Shown here piece after piece: positions 36,532 to 48,443 of a stretch of 64,000 nucleotides of DNA (the stretch's first letter is position 1; each line of letters starts with the position of its first letter). This DNA is from an uncultured Gammaproteobacteria bacterium (GTDB taxonomy: Bacteria > Pseudomonadota > Gammaproteobacteria > UBA9214), in assembly GCA_963748215.1 (NCBI GenBank), contig CAVVHS010000006.1, positions 224,001 through 288,000 of the forward strand, in the 5' to 3' direction. The translations under genes were made by a program, and so were the position numbers. Below the pieces are notes generated by a model that saw nothing but the letters and a program-made list of their open reading frames with translations, did no database searches and was not told the DNA's origin.

Positions 36532-37743
36532 GTGATACAGGAATTCGCCCGCATCAAGCGGCTGCCACCTTACGTTTTCAATATTGTCAATGAGTTGAAG
36601 GCGCAGGCACGTGCGCGAGGCGAGGATATCATCGATTTCGGCATGGGTAATCCGGATCAGCCCACGCCGCAGCATATCGTCGACAAGCTGATCGAGACGG
36701 CACAGCGCGGAGACACCCACCGCTACTCGCTGTCGCGCGGCATCCCGCGCCTGCGCAAGGCGATCTGTGACTGGTACAAGCGGCGCTACGACGTGGACCT
36801 CGACCCGGAGCGCAATGCCATCGTCACCATCGGTTCCAAGGAGGGCCTGGCGCACCTGGCGCTGGCCACCGTCGGTCCCGGCGATGCCGTGCTGGTGCCG
36901 AACCCCGCCTATCCGATTCACCCTTACGGCTTCGCCATCGCCGGGGCGGATATCCGCCATGTGCCGCTGGGCCCGAAACTGGATGACTTCTTCGAGGAAC
37001 TGGAGAAGGCCATCAAGGACTCCTGGCCGAAACCGAAGATGCTGGTGCTGAATTTCCCCGGCAATCCGACCACGCAGTGCGTCGAGCTGGATTTCTTCGA
37101 AAAGGTGGTCGCAATCGCGCGCGAAAACGAAATCTGGGTGATCCAGGACCTCGCCTATGCCGACCTGGTGTTCGACGGCTACCAGGCACCCTCCATCCTG
37201 CAGGTCGAGGGTGCCAAGGATGTCGCGGTGGAATTCTTTTCATTGTCCAAGAGCTACAACATGCCGGGCTGGCGGGTCGGCTTCATGTGCGGCAACGAAA
37301 CGCTGGTCGCCGCACTGGCGCGCATCAAGTCCTATCTCGACTACGGCATGTTCACGCCCATCCAGGTGGCGGCGATCGCCGCGCTGGAAGGACCGCAGGA
37401 CTGTGTGCGAGAGATTCGCGAAATGTACGAGGAGCGCCGCGACGTGCTGTGCGACGGGCTCAATGCGCTGGGCTGGCCGGTGGAGAAACCGAAGGCGACC
37501 ATGTTCGTCTGGGCGCGCATCCCGGAACAGTATCGTGCCATGGGCTCGCTGGAGTTTTCCAAGAAGCTGCTGGGCGAGGCCAAGGTCGCCGTCTCGCCCG
37601 GCATCGGCTTCGGCGAATACGGCGACGAATACGTGCGCTTCGGGCTGATCGAGAACCTGCATCGCACGCGCCAGGCGATCCGCTGCATCAAGGACATGTT
37701 CCGCCGCGACCTGGGCCAGGCCGCGCAAGTCTCTGGAGGATAA
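36532..37743 (+). CDS. alaC: Alanine transaminase AlaC-like class I aminotransferase
   Basis: [15 protein letters not shown] and [14 protein letters not shown] (PLP lysine); upstream of hom. Confidence 0.9.
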   Translation: MIQEFARIKRLPPYVFNIVNELKAQARARGEDIIDFGMGNPDQPTPQHIVDKLIETAQRGDTHRYSLSRGIPRLRKAICDWYKRRYDVDLDPERNAIVTIGSKEGLAHLALATVGPGDAVLVPNPAYPIHPYGFAIAGADIRHVPLGPKLDDFFEELEKAIKDSWPKPKMLVLNFPGNPTTQCVELDFFEKVVAIARENEIWVIQDLAYADLVFDGYQAPSILQVEGAKDVAVEFFSLSKSYNMPGWRVGFMCGNETLVAALARIKSYLDYGMFTPIQVAAIAALEGPQDCVREIREMYEERRDVLCDGLNALGWPVEKPKATMFVWARIPEQYRAMGSLEFSKKLLGEAKVAVSPGIGFGEYGDEYVRFGLIENLHRTRQAIRCIKDMFRRDLGQAAQVSGG

Positions 37744-37746
37744 TCA

Positions 37747-39064
37747 GTGAAACCGGTGAATGTTGGCCTGCTGGGCCTGGGCACAGTGGGCGGGGGTACG
37801 TTTAACGTGCTCAACCGCAATGCGGATGAAATTACCCGGCGTGCCGGGCGCGGCATCCGCATCACGCATGCCGCGGCGCGTGACTATGACCCCAGTCACC
37901 TGCCGGGCCTGGACAGGATCAAGGTCACCGAGGATGCCTTCGCCGTGGTGGACGATCCCGATATCCAGATTATCGTGGAACTGATCGGTGGCTACGAGCC
38001 GGCGCGGGAACTGGTGCTGAAGGCGATCGCCAATGGCAAGCACGTGGTCACCGCGAACAAGGCGCTGATTGCGAAACATGGCAACGAGATTTTCGCCGCC
38101 GCGCAGGAGCGAGGGCGTGATGGTGGCCTTCGAGGCCGCGGTCGCCGGCGGCATTCCGATCATCAAGGCCATCCGCGAGGGGCTGGCGGCGAACCAGATC
38201 ATGTGGCTCGCCGGCATCATCAACGGCACCGGCAACTTCATCCTGACCGAGATGCGCGACAAGGGCCGCGATTTCGATGACGTGCTGAAGGAGGCGCAGG
38301 CGCTGGGCTATGCCGAGGCCGACCCGACCTTCGACGTCGAGGGCATCGATGCCGCACACAAGCTCACCATCCTGGCGTCGATCGCGTTCGGCATCCCGCT
38401 GCAGTTCGAGAAGGTCTACACCGAGGGTATCAGCCGCATCACGCGCGAGGATGTCGGTTATGCGGAGCAGTTCGGTTACCGCATCAAGCATCTCGGCTTC
38501 ACGCGCCGCACCGACCAGGGTATCGAGATGCGCGTGCACCCGACGCTGATCCCGGAACGGCGCCTGATCGCCAATGTCGACGGCGTGATGAATGCGGTGC
38601 TGGTCAACGCCGACGCGGTCGGTCCGACCCTTTACTACGGCGCCGGTGCCGGCGCCGAGCCGACTGCTTCCGCTGTGGTCGCCGACATCATCGACGTGAC
38701 GCGCACCCTGACGGTGGACCCGTAGAACCGCGTGCCGCATCTGGCATTCCAGCCGGGCTCGATCGCGGACATGCCGGTGCTGCCGATGGAAGACGTGTCG
38801 ACGGCGTACTACCTGCGCATGCAGGTGACCGACAAGCCCGGCGTGATGGCAGACGTGGCGCGCATTCTCGGCGACGCCGGCATCAGTATCGAGGCAATCC
38901 TGCAGAAGGAACCGGCGCCGGACGCGGACAAGGCGTCGATCATCCTGCTCACGCACGTGGTGCAGGAACGCCAGATGAATGCGGCGATCGCCAAAATCGA
39001 GGCGCTGGACAGCATCCACGGCGCCGTGATGCGCATCCGGCTGGAACACCTGAGCGTTAACTAG
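37747..39064 (+). CDS. hom: Homoserine dehydrogenase with ACT domain (+1 indel near 38110; in-frame TAG at 38723-25)
   Basis: GLLGLGTVG, VVTANKALIA, EAAVAGGIPII, GYAEADPTFDVEG and DKPGVMA. Confidence 0.92.
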
Positions 39065-39080
39065 CATTTGGATTAAATGC

Positions 39081-39263
39081 CTCGCGCAGAGACGCAGAGA
39101 ACGCAAAGCTATAATCTTCTGTCACATGCATGACAGGAATGATTCCTGATGACATGAATTGTTATGACATCGGATTCCACAGACACTTTGCGAGCACGGG
39201 GTTGCCAGCAATAAAACTGGACAATAGCCGGTTTTTCTCTGCGCCTCTGCGTCTCTGCGCTAG
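39081..39263. repeat. Element bounded by inverted (CGCAGAG)3 arrays
   Basis: CTCGCGCAGAGACGCAGAGAACGCAAAG (39081-108) and CTCTGCGCCTCTGCGTCTCTGCGCTAG (39237-63); AT-rich interior. Confidence 0.75.
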
Positions 39264-39320
39264 ATTACACTGTTACGATTACGCCTCTGCGCGAAGTCAT
39301 GTACGAAAAAGGAAATTGCC

Positions 39321-40451
39321 ATGCCAGAATCGAATCGCTACACCGGGCTGATCGAACGTTACCGCGACCGTCTGCCGGTCAAGGACAGCACGCGGCTGAT
39401 CAGCCTGGGCGAGGGCAACACGCCCCTGATCAAACTGGAGAACATCCCCGCCGCGCTGGGCAAGCACGTCGACATGTACATCAAGTACGAGGGTCTCAAC
39501 CCGACCGGCTCGTTCAAGGACCGCGGCATGACCATGGCGGTGACGCAGGCAGTGGCCGAGGGCAGCCGCGCCATCATCTGCGCGTCCACCGGCAACACCT
39601 CGGCCGCCGCTGCCGCCTACGCGGCGCGGGCCGGCATTACCGCCTTCGTGCTGATTCCTGAAGGCAAGATCGCGCTCGGCAAGCTGGCACAGGCCATGAT
39701 CCATGGCGCGGTGGTGATCCAGATCCGCGGCAACTTCGATGCCGGCATGTCGCTGGTCAAGGAAGTCGCCACGCAGGCGCCGGTGACCATCGTCAATTCC
39801 ATCAATCCGTACCGTCTGCAGGGTCAGAAAACCGCGGCCTTCGAGATCGTGGACGAACTCGGCCATGCGCCGGACTATCACTGCCTGCCGGTCGGCAATG
39901 CCGGCAACATCACCGCACACTGGATTGGCTACAGCGAATACGCCGCGCAGAATACCGCCGCATGCGCCTACTGCGACGGCACCTGCCAGTACCAGCGGCC
40001 GGCGGTCACCGGCGCCCGCCCGGTCATGGTGGGTTACCAGGCCGCCGGTGCCGCGCCCTTCATGCGCGGGCATATGGTCGATAACCCGGAGACCGTCGCC
40101 ACCGCCATCCGCATCGGCCACCCGCAGTCCTGGGAGCGTGCCTGGGAAGTGCAGAAGGAGTCCGGCGGCTGGTTCGACGAGTGCACCGACGAGCTGATCC
40201 TTGCGGCGCAGAAGCTGCTGACCGAAAAGGAAGGTATCTTCTGCGAGCCGGCCTCGGCCACCTCCGTTGCCGGCGCCATGCGCGACATTCAGTCCGGGCG
40301 CATCCCCGAGGGCAGCTCCGTGGTGTGTACACTGACCGGGCACGGCCTGAAGGATCCGGACACCGCGATCAAGCAGTGCCAGGGCGACATGCTGACCGTG
40401 GATGCGGAACTCGGCGCGGTGCAGGCGGCGATCATGGCCAACCTGTCCTGA
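39321..40451 (+). CDS. thrC: Threonine synthase
   Basis: [26 protein letters not shown] and TGHGLKDPD. Confidence 0.96.
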   Translation: MPESNRYTGLIERYRDRLPVKDSTRLISLGEGNTPLIKLENIPAALGKHVDMYIKYEGLNPTGSFKDRGMTMAVTQAVAEGSRAIICASTGNTSAAAAAYAARAGITAFVLIPEGKIALGKLAQAMIHGAVVIQIRGNFDAGMSLVKEVATQAPVTIVNSINPYRLQGQKTAAFEIVDELGHAPDYHCLPVGNAGNITAHWIGYSEYAAQNTAACAYCDGTCQYQRPAVTGARPVMVGYQAAGAAPFMRGHMVDNPETVATAIRIGHPQSWERAWEVQKESGGWFDECTDELILAAQKLLTEKEGIFCEPASATSVAGAMRDIQSGRIPEGSSVVCTLTGHGLKDPDTAIKQCQGDMLTVDAELGAVQAAIMANLS

Positions 40452-40458
40452 TTCGCGG

Positions 40459-41496
40459 GTGGCTGCCGACGTTGACCAGCTTGTCCTGCTGATCCCGGGC
40501 CTGGCCGGCCCGGTCGTCGATCGCTCCGTCACCGATTACATCGAGACCCGGCCGGCCGCACTGGACCGGCTGCTGTCGCGCAGCACCGTCGAGACCGTGC
40601 CCTATACCGGGATGGAGACGGCGCTGTGTCACCTGTTCGGTGTGCCTGCGACTGACACACCGCCTGTCGCGCCCCTGAGCTACCTGGCCGACAGCGGCAA
40701 GGCGCCGACGCATTACCTGTTGCGGGCAGACCCGGTGCACCTGCGTGCCGACCAGAGCCGCCTGCGCCTGTTCGAGTCGCACAGTTTTTTCATCACGCAG
40801 GACGAGGCCGATGCGCTGGTGGCCAGTATCAACGAATTCAATGCCGCGCAGGACTGGCAGCTGGGCGCGCTGCACCCGCAACGCTGGTATCTGAGCCTGC
40901 CCATGGCGCCGGACCTGCAGACCACACCGCCCGCGCAGGCGGCAGGTCTGGATATCGATACCCTGCTGCCGCAGGGCGGGGACGCCGGCCGCTGGGCCGC
41001 CGTGCTGAACGAGGTGCAGATGCTGTTGCACGAGCACCCGGTCAACCAGGCGCGCGAACAGCGCGGCGAGCCGGTCATCAACAGCCTGTGGCTGTGGGGC
41101 GGCGGGGTGTTGCCGCTATCGGTGCAGGCCCGGGTGGACGCGGTCTACGCCGATGATGCCCTGGCGCTGGGACTGGCGCGACATGCCGGCATCGGCGGCC
41201 ACGCCGTGCCGGAGTATGTGGGTGATCTACTGTCAGACGATACTGGCCGGAACCGCCTGCTGGTACTCGACAGCCTGACCTGGCCGGCGCACTACAATGA
41301 CATCGAAGGCTGGCTGGTACAGCTCGGGGAATTGGAGAGGATCTGGATCATGCCACTGCAGAACGCGCTCAACAGCGGGCGCCTCGGGTCACTGGTCATC
41401 GAGACCTGCAACGGCCGGCGATTCAGTACCGATCGCAAGCGGCAGCGCGCCTTCTGGAAGCGGATGCGTCACTTCGAAGCGGTAGTGACGGGATGA
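40459..41496 (+). CDS. Phosphoglycerate-mutase-like (RpfE-type) uncharacterised protein
   Basis: RADPVHL and NEVQMLLHEHPVN...NSLWLWGGG motifs; lies between thrC and recJ. Confidence 0.75.
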   Translation: MAADVDQLVLLIPGLAGPVVDRSVTDYIETRPAALDRLLSRSTVETVPYTGMETALCHLFGVPATDTPPVAPLSYLADSGKAPTHYLLRADPVHLRADQSRLRLFESHSFFITQDEADALVASINEFNAAQDWQLGALHPQRWYLSLPMAPDLQTTPPAQAAGLDIDTLLPQGGDAGRWAAVLNEVQMLLHEHPVNQAREQRGEPVINSLWLWGGGVLPLSVQARVDAVYADDALALGLARHAGIGGHAVPEYVGDLLSDDTGRNRLLVLDSLTWPAHYNDIEGWLVQLGELERIWIMPLQNALNSGRLGSLVIETCNGRRFSTDRKRQRAFWKRMRHFEAVVTG

Positions 41497-43259
41497 GCCG
41501 GCGCATCATCCGGCGGGAATTATCCGCGGTACCGGCTGACCTGCCGGCCGGGCTGCCCGACATCCTGCGCCGGATCTACACGTCGCGCGCGGTTGCCTCG
41601 GGCGCGGACCTCGATTATACCCTCGACAAACTGATCCCGCCGCAACAGCTGGGCGGACTGCAGTCCGCCGCCGCGTCTGCTGGCGCAGGCCATCAGCGAC
41701 CGGCAGCGTATCCTGATCGTCGGCGATTTCGACGCCGACGGCGCCACCAGCTGCGCGCTGTGCCTGCACGCACTGCGCGCCATGGGCGCGGGCGATGTCG
41801 ACTACCTGGTGCCGAACCGCTTCGAATACGGCTACGGCCTGACGCCGGAGATCGTCGCCGTCGCCGCCGGCGGCAGCCGGCGCTGATCATGACCGTGGAC
41901 AACGGCATCTCCAGCCTCGCCGGCGTGGCGGCGGCACGGCAGGCCGGCATCCGCGTCGTGATCACCGATCATCACCTGCCCGGTGCGGTACTGCCCGAGG
42001 CCGATGCCATCGTCAATCCGAACCTGCCGGGTGATTCCTTCCCCAGCAAGTCACTGGCCGGGGTCGGTGTCGCGTTCTACGTCATGCTGGCGCTGCGCGC
42101 GCACCTGCGCGAGTCGGGCTGGTTCGTGCAGCAGCGGCTGGCCGAACCCAACCTGGCGCAGTGGCTGGACCTGGTCGCACTCGGCACGGTGGCCGACGTG
42201 GTGCCGCTGGATCGCAACAACCGCATCCTGGTGCAGCAGGGCCTGGCACGGATTCGCGCCGGGCAATGCGTGCCCGGCATTCGCGCCCTGCTGGAAGCCG
42301 GTGGCCGCAATCCTGCGCGCACGGTGGCGGCCGACCTGGGGTTTGCAGTCGGTCCGCGCCTGAACGCGGCCGGGCGCCTCGACGACATGTCGCTGGGCAT
42401 CGAGTGCCTGCTGGCCGGGGATATGACGCGTGCACGCGCCATGGCCGCACAACTCGATGCCCTGAACCGCGACCGCAAGGAGATCGAGTCCGACATGCAG
42501 GCCCAGGCGCTGGTCGCGATCGGGCACCTCGAACTGCAGGAAAACAGCCTGCCGACCGGGCTGTGCCTGTTCGACCCGGACTGGCACCAGGGCGTGATCG
42601 GCATCCTCGCCGCACGCATCAAGGAGCGCGTGCACCGGCCGGTGATCGCCTTCGCACGCAGTGCCGACGGCGAGATCAAGGGCTCGGCACGTTCGATACC
42701 CGGCCTGCACATCCGCGATGCGCTCGATGCCGTGGCGTCGCGCCACCCGGAGCTGATCCGCAAGTTCGGCGGCCATGCCATGGCGGCCGGCCTGACGCTG
42801 GCGGAATGCGACTACGCGGCCTTTGCCGAGGCCTTCGATGCCGAGGTGTCGCGGCACCTCGGTGCCGACGACCTCGATTGCGTGCTGTACTCGGATGGCG
42901 CACTCGAGGGCGGCGACCTGTCACTGGCCACGGCGCAGGCGCTGCGCGACGCGGGGCCGTGGGGGCAGGGGTTTCCCGAGCCGCTGTTCGACGGCGAATT
43001 CGCCATCCTCGAACAGCGCGTGGTCGGTGCGCGGCACCTCAAACTGGTGCTGCAGGCCGGTGGCGGCACTGCGTGTATCGACGCCATCGCCTTCAACACC
43101 GGGCCGGTCCCGGCGGACTGCCGTCATGCACACCTGGCCTTCCGGCTGGACGTGAACGAATTCCGCGGCCAGCTCAGCCCGCAGCTGCGGGTCGAGTACC
43201 TGGAGCCGGTGCGCGACGCTGGCCGCGGCACACCAACAGTAGTATCATCTCGCGCCTGA
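41493..43259 (+). CDS. recJ: ssDNA exonuclease RecJ (compensating indels near 41674 and 41868)
   Basis: TVDNG, TDHH, LGTVADVV, PRLNAAGR and GGHAMAAG; GDFDADG and PNRFEYGYG lie in the shifted frame. Confidence 0.94.
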   Translation: MSRRIIRRELSAVPADLPAGLPDILRRIYTSRAVASGADLDYTLDKLIPPQQLGGLQSAAASAGAGHQRPAAYPDRRRFRRRRRHQLRAVPARTARHGRGRCRLPGAEPLRIRLRPDAGDRRRRRRRQPALIMTVDNGISSLAGVAAARQAGIRVVITDHHLPGAVLPEADAIVNPNLPGDSFPSKSLAGVGVAFYVMLALRAHLRESGWFVQQRLAEPNLAQWLDLVALGTVADVVPLDRNNRILVQQGLARIRAGQCVPGIRALLEAGGRNPARTVAADLGFAVGPRLNAAGRLDDMSLGIECLLAGDMTRARAMAAQLDALNRDRKEIESDMQAQALVAIGHLELQENSLPTGLCLFDPDWHQGVIGILAARIKERVHRPVIAFARSADGEIKGSARSIPGLHIRDALDAVASRHPELIRKFGGHAMAAGLTLAECDYAAFAEAFDAEVSRHLGADDLDCVLYSDGALEGGDLSLATAQALRDAGPWGQGFPEPLFDGEFAILEQRVVGARHLKLVLQAGGGTACIDAIAFNTGPVPADCRHAHLAFRLDVNEFRGQLSPQLRVEYLEPVRDAGRGTPTVVSSRA

Positions 43260-43284
43260 TTCCCCGGCTTTTCATGCACATATC

Positions 43285-44385
43285 ATGTCCGACCTGACCA
43301 CCATCCGTAACCATATCAAGGACCTTGACGGGCGTTCGGCAAGCCTTAGGGGGTACCTTTGACCTCGAAAGCAAGTCTGAACAGCTGACCGAGGTCATTC
43401 GCGAACTGGAAGAACCCGACATCTGGAACGATCCCGCGCGTGCCCAGGAGCTGGGCCGCGAGCGTGCGCGGCTCGAGGACGTGGTGCTGACGCTCAACCG
43501 GCTCACCCACGGCGTGCGCGATGCGCGCGAACTGCTGGAGATGGCCGCCGAGGAGGGTGACCAGGAAACCCTCGATATTATCGAGTCCGACCTGGACGCG
43601 CTGGAAACCGAGATCGCCGGGCTGGAATTCCGGCGCATGTTCTCCGGCGAGATGGACGAGGCCAGCGCCTTCCTCGATATCCAGGCCGGTTCCGGCGGTA
43701 CCGAGGCGCAGGACTGGGCCGAGATGCTGCTGCGCATGTACCTGCGCTGGGGCGAGCGGCACGGTTTCAAGACCGAGCTGATCGAGGTGTCGCCCGGCGA
43801 GGTCGCCGGCATCAAGAGCGCGACGGTGCAAGTTCGACGGTGCCTATGCCTTCGGCTGGCTGCGCACCGAGACCGGCGTGCACCGGCTGGTGCGCAAGTC
43901 ACCCTTCGATTCCGGCAATCGCCGCCATACCTCGTTCGCTGCCGTGTTCGTCTCGCCCGAGATCGACGACGACATCGACATCGAGATCAATCCCGGCCGA
44001 TCTGCGCATCGACGTCTATCGCGCCAGCGGCGCCGGCGGCCAGCACGTCAACCGCACGGAATCGGCGGTGCGCATCACGCACGCGCCGACCGGCATCGTG
44101 GTGCAGTGCCAGAACGACCGTTCGCAGCACAAGAACAAGGCCACGGCGATGAAGCAGCTCAAGGCCAAGCTCTACGAACTGGAGATGCAGAAGCGCAGCG
44201 CCGACCAGCAGACGCTGGAAGACAGCAAGTCCGATATCGGCTGGGGCAGCCAGATCCGCTCCTACGTGCTCGACCAGTCGCGCATCAAGGACCTGCGCAC
44301 CGGCGTGGAGGTGGGCAACACCCAGGCGGTGCTGGATGGCGATCTGGACGAGTTCATCGAGGCCAGCCTGAAGAGCGGATTATAG
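43285..44385 (+). CDS. prfB: Peptide chain release factor 2 (programmed +1 frameshift; two extra apparent indels near 43831 and 43995)
   Basis: [25 protein letters not shown] then +1 frame; SPF, GGQHVN and [11 protein letters not shown]. Confidence 0.95.
43348..43363 (+). promoter_or_regulatory. RF2 autoregulatory +1 frameshift cassette
   Basis: AGGGGG-TAC-CTT-TGA-C: internal SD, 3-nt spacer and slippery CTT TGA at codons 25/26. Confidence 0.95.
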
Positions 44386-44399
44386 GTATCATTCAGCTC

Positions 44400-45887
<1,488 letters not shown>

Positions 45888-45928
45888 GCTCCCGTTCCGA
45901 TCATCCAGACGTTTACGGAGGTGCCTGC

Positions 45929-46546
45929 ATGGGCAAGCTCAAGAGTTTCCTGAAGACGTCCCTGCTCGGCGGCGTGGTGGTGATCCTGCCGGTGGCGATC
46001 CTGGCGGCCGTGTCGCTGTGGGTGTTCAACCTCGTGACAGGGTTGATCGAGCCATTAACGCGACTTCTGATAAAAGATTCACAACTAAATGAATATGCAG
46101 CAGAAGTTCTTGTGATAATCCTGATCATCGTGAGCTGCTTCTTCGTCGGCGTGCTGGTGCGCACCCGGCTGGGCAGTTTTTTCTACCGGGTGATCGAGAC
46201 GCGCATCCTCAAGCTCGCGCCCGGCTACTCGATGATCAAGGACACCGTGCTGCAGATCTTCGGCAGCCGCAAGGATTCACCGTTTTCGTCGGTGGCCATT
46301 GCGCAGATCTTCGGTAACGATACACGGGTCACCGCATTCATCACCGACAAGCATGCCGATGGCAGCTATACCCTGTTCGTGCCCACCGGGCCGAATCCCA
46401 CCTCGGGCCTGATCTACCACCTGGACGGGAAATATGTACAGCCGGTGAAAATCCCGGTGCAGGATGCGATGCGCTCGATTATCAGTTGCGGCGCCGGTTC
46501 GGCGAAGCTGATGCAGGATTACACCGCGCAGCGCGCGGGGGGCTAA
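45929..46546 (+). CDS. DUF502 family membrane protein
   Basis: GGAGG RBS, two N-terminal TMs, FVPTGPNPTSG and AMRSIISCGAG. Confidence 0.85.
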   Translation: MGKLKSFLKTSLLGGVVVILPVAILAAVSLWVFNLVTGLIEPLTRLLIKDSQLNEYAAEVLVIILIIVSCFFVGVLVRTRLGSFFYRVIETRILKLAPGYSMIKDTVLQIFGSRKDSPFSSVAIAQIFGNDTRVTAFITDKHADGSYTLFVPTGPNPTSGLIYHLDGKYVQPVKIPVQDAMRSIISCGAGSAKLMQDYTAQRAGG

Positions 46547-46674
46547 CCCGGACAGGTCGCTGGCCGCGTGCAAATCATGCGCCGGAAACATGTTCAAGCA
46601 GGGGCAGGATATTTTCAGATTCAGGTGATCACAGGTCAACCCGCGACCGACAGGGGCACTATCCCCATCAAGTG

Positions 46675-48243
46675 TCAGCCGCTCTGTGCGACATTGGTGA
46701 TGTCGATGTAAACCTTGAGGCGCTGCCCCGGTTGAAGGAGTTTTCCCTTGGGCAGGCTATTCCAGCGGCGCAGGTCGGTGACGGCAACGTTGTACTTTTT
46801 CGATATGCGGTACAGCGAGTCACCGCTGCGAACGGTGTATCGAATGGTGCGGATCCGTTTGCCGTCCGGTGCCGCACCATCCCTCGTGTAAAGTGCCAGT
46901 TTCTGTCCCGGCTTGATGGCGGCCCCCGGGTCCAGGCGGTTCCATTGGCTGATCTGGCTGACCTTGACCTTGTGATGTTTCGCAATCGACCACAGGTTGT
47001 CGCCGGCGGTCACCTCGTAGTTGATCGTACTGCCGGTGCGACTGGCGACCGCCCGCTTGAGGGGGGTCGCGGAATATATGGCGGGGTCGCGCGCCGCAAC
47101 CGGCACCAGCAGATGTTGTCCTGACCTGATCCGGGTTCCGCTGAGCTGGTTGGTGCTGCGCAGTACGGCAACCGTGGTGTCATAGCGACTGGCGATGTGT
47201 GACAGCGTCTCGCCGTGCTTGATGGCATGGCGCACCCACTTCAGTCGCTTGTCGTCGGGCAGTTCATCGAGTCCCTGCATGAAGGTGTCGGTCTTGTCGG
47301 TCGGAATGGCCAGACGGTGCGGGCCGTCGGGGTGCGTGGCCCAGCGGTTGAAGCCGGGATTCAGCTGGTAGAGTTCCTCGGTTTCCATCCCGGCCAGTTC
47401 GGCGGCGATGCCGATGTCGAGTTGCCCGTGCGTATCGATCACGTCGAAGGCGGGCTTCGGGTCGATGGCAGACAAGTCGATAGCGTAGTGATTGGGCTGG
47501 GTGACGATGGCGCTGATGGCAAGCAGTCGCGGCACGTAGGCGGAGGTTTCCTTCGGCAGCTTCAGGTCCCAGAAATCGGTCGGCTTGCCGGCCTTTGCGT
47601 TGCGCCTGATGGCCGAGCGCACGGTGCCGCTTCCCGAGTTGTAGGCAGCCAGCGCCAGCAGCCAGTCGCCGTCGAATTCGTCATGCAGCTTACCCAGGTG
47701 ATCGAGCGCCGCTTCCGTCGAGGCGATGACATCGCGTCGGCCGTCATACCACCAGTCCTGTTCCAGTCCGTAGAGCCGGCCGGTGCCGGGGATGAACTGC
47801 CAGAGGCCGGCGGCGCGTCCGTGCGAATAGGCAAACGGGTCATAGGCGCTTTCCACGAACGGCAGCAGCGCGAGTTCATGCGGTTGGCCGCGCTTCTCTA
47901 CCTCGTGCAGGATATAGGCCATGTAGGGGGAGCCGCGCTCGAAGATCTTCTCCACCTGGTCGGGATTTCTGCTGTAGGTAGCGATCTGGCGCTGCACGGC
48001 ATTCCGCTGTGATCCGGACAGGTTGAAACCGCTGCGCAGCTGTTGCCAGAAATCATCATCGGTATAGACCGTCTGCGAGGCAGGATTGCCGGCGGCCGGT
48101 TCTTCCTGTGCAGTGATGAAGGGCATGATGTCAGCTGCCGCGTCTGCGGCGGGTTCTACGTGTGCGACCGGGCCATCAACGGATGCACACCCTGGTTGCA
48201 GCAGGATGAACAGGGCGGGCAATGTCAGACGCAGCGCTTTCAT
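46675..48243 (-). CDS. mltD: Membrane-bound lytic murein transglycosylase D (SLT plus 3 LysM)
   Basis: Lipobox-like QPGC, VESAY, AAGLWQFIP, ALAAYNSG and three LysM repeats. Confidence 0.92.
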   Translation of the reverse strand: MKALRLTLPALFILLQPGCASVDGPVAHVEPAADAAADIMPFITAQEEPAAGNPASQTVYTDDDFWQQLRSGFNLSGSQRNAVQRQIATYSRNPDQVEKIFERGSPYMAYILHEVEKRGQPHELALLPFVESAYDPFAYSHGRAAGLWQFIPGTGRLYGLEQDWWYDGRRDVIASTEAALDHLGKLHDEFDGDWLLALAAYNSGSGTVRSAIRRNAKAGKPTDFWDLKLPKETSAYVPRLLAISAIVTQPNHYAIDLSAIDPKPAFDVIDTHGQLDIGIAAELAGMETEELYQLNPGFNRWATHPDGPHRLAIPTDKTDTFMQGLDELPDDKRLKWVRHAIKHGETLSHIASRYDTTVAVLRSTNQLSGTRIRSGQHLLVPVAARDPAIYSATPLKRAVASRTGSTINYEVTAGDNLWSIAKHHKVKVSQISQWNRLDPGAAIKPGQKLALYTRDGAAPDGKRIRTIRYTVRSGDSLYRISKKYNVAVTDLRRWNSLPKGKLLQPGQRLKVYIDITNVAQSG

Positions 48244-48443
48244 AACATATATGTATCGTCAAAGCTGAAATCGGGCTTGAAAGGTAAACTGTGATGCAGT
48301 TCACCATTGTGCCGCACCATGGGTGCTTGCGGTACGGGACGGTGTACCAAGTATGCTGACAGCCCCCCGGGGTCAGGTCAACCGCCATCCCGTCTGCTGT
48401 TTTCATGACGCGCCCGGTGCGCAGATGCGGTAAACTGTGCCTC

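Noticed and set aside
38723-38725. Genome-wide TAG recoding or pyrrolysine
   Set aside because: TAG is the normal stop of frr, skp, lpxA, ftsB, truD, hom and prfB in this window, and only one internal TAG was seen.
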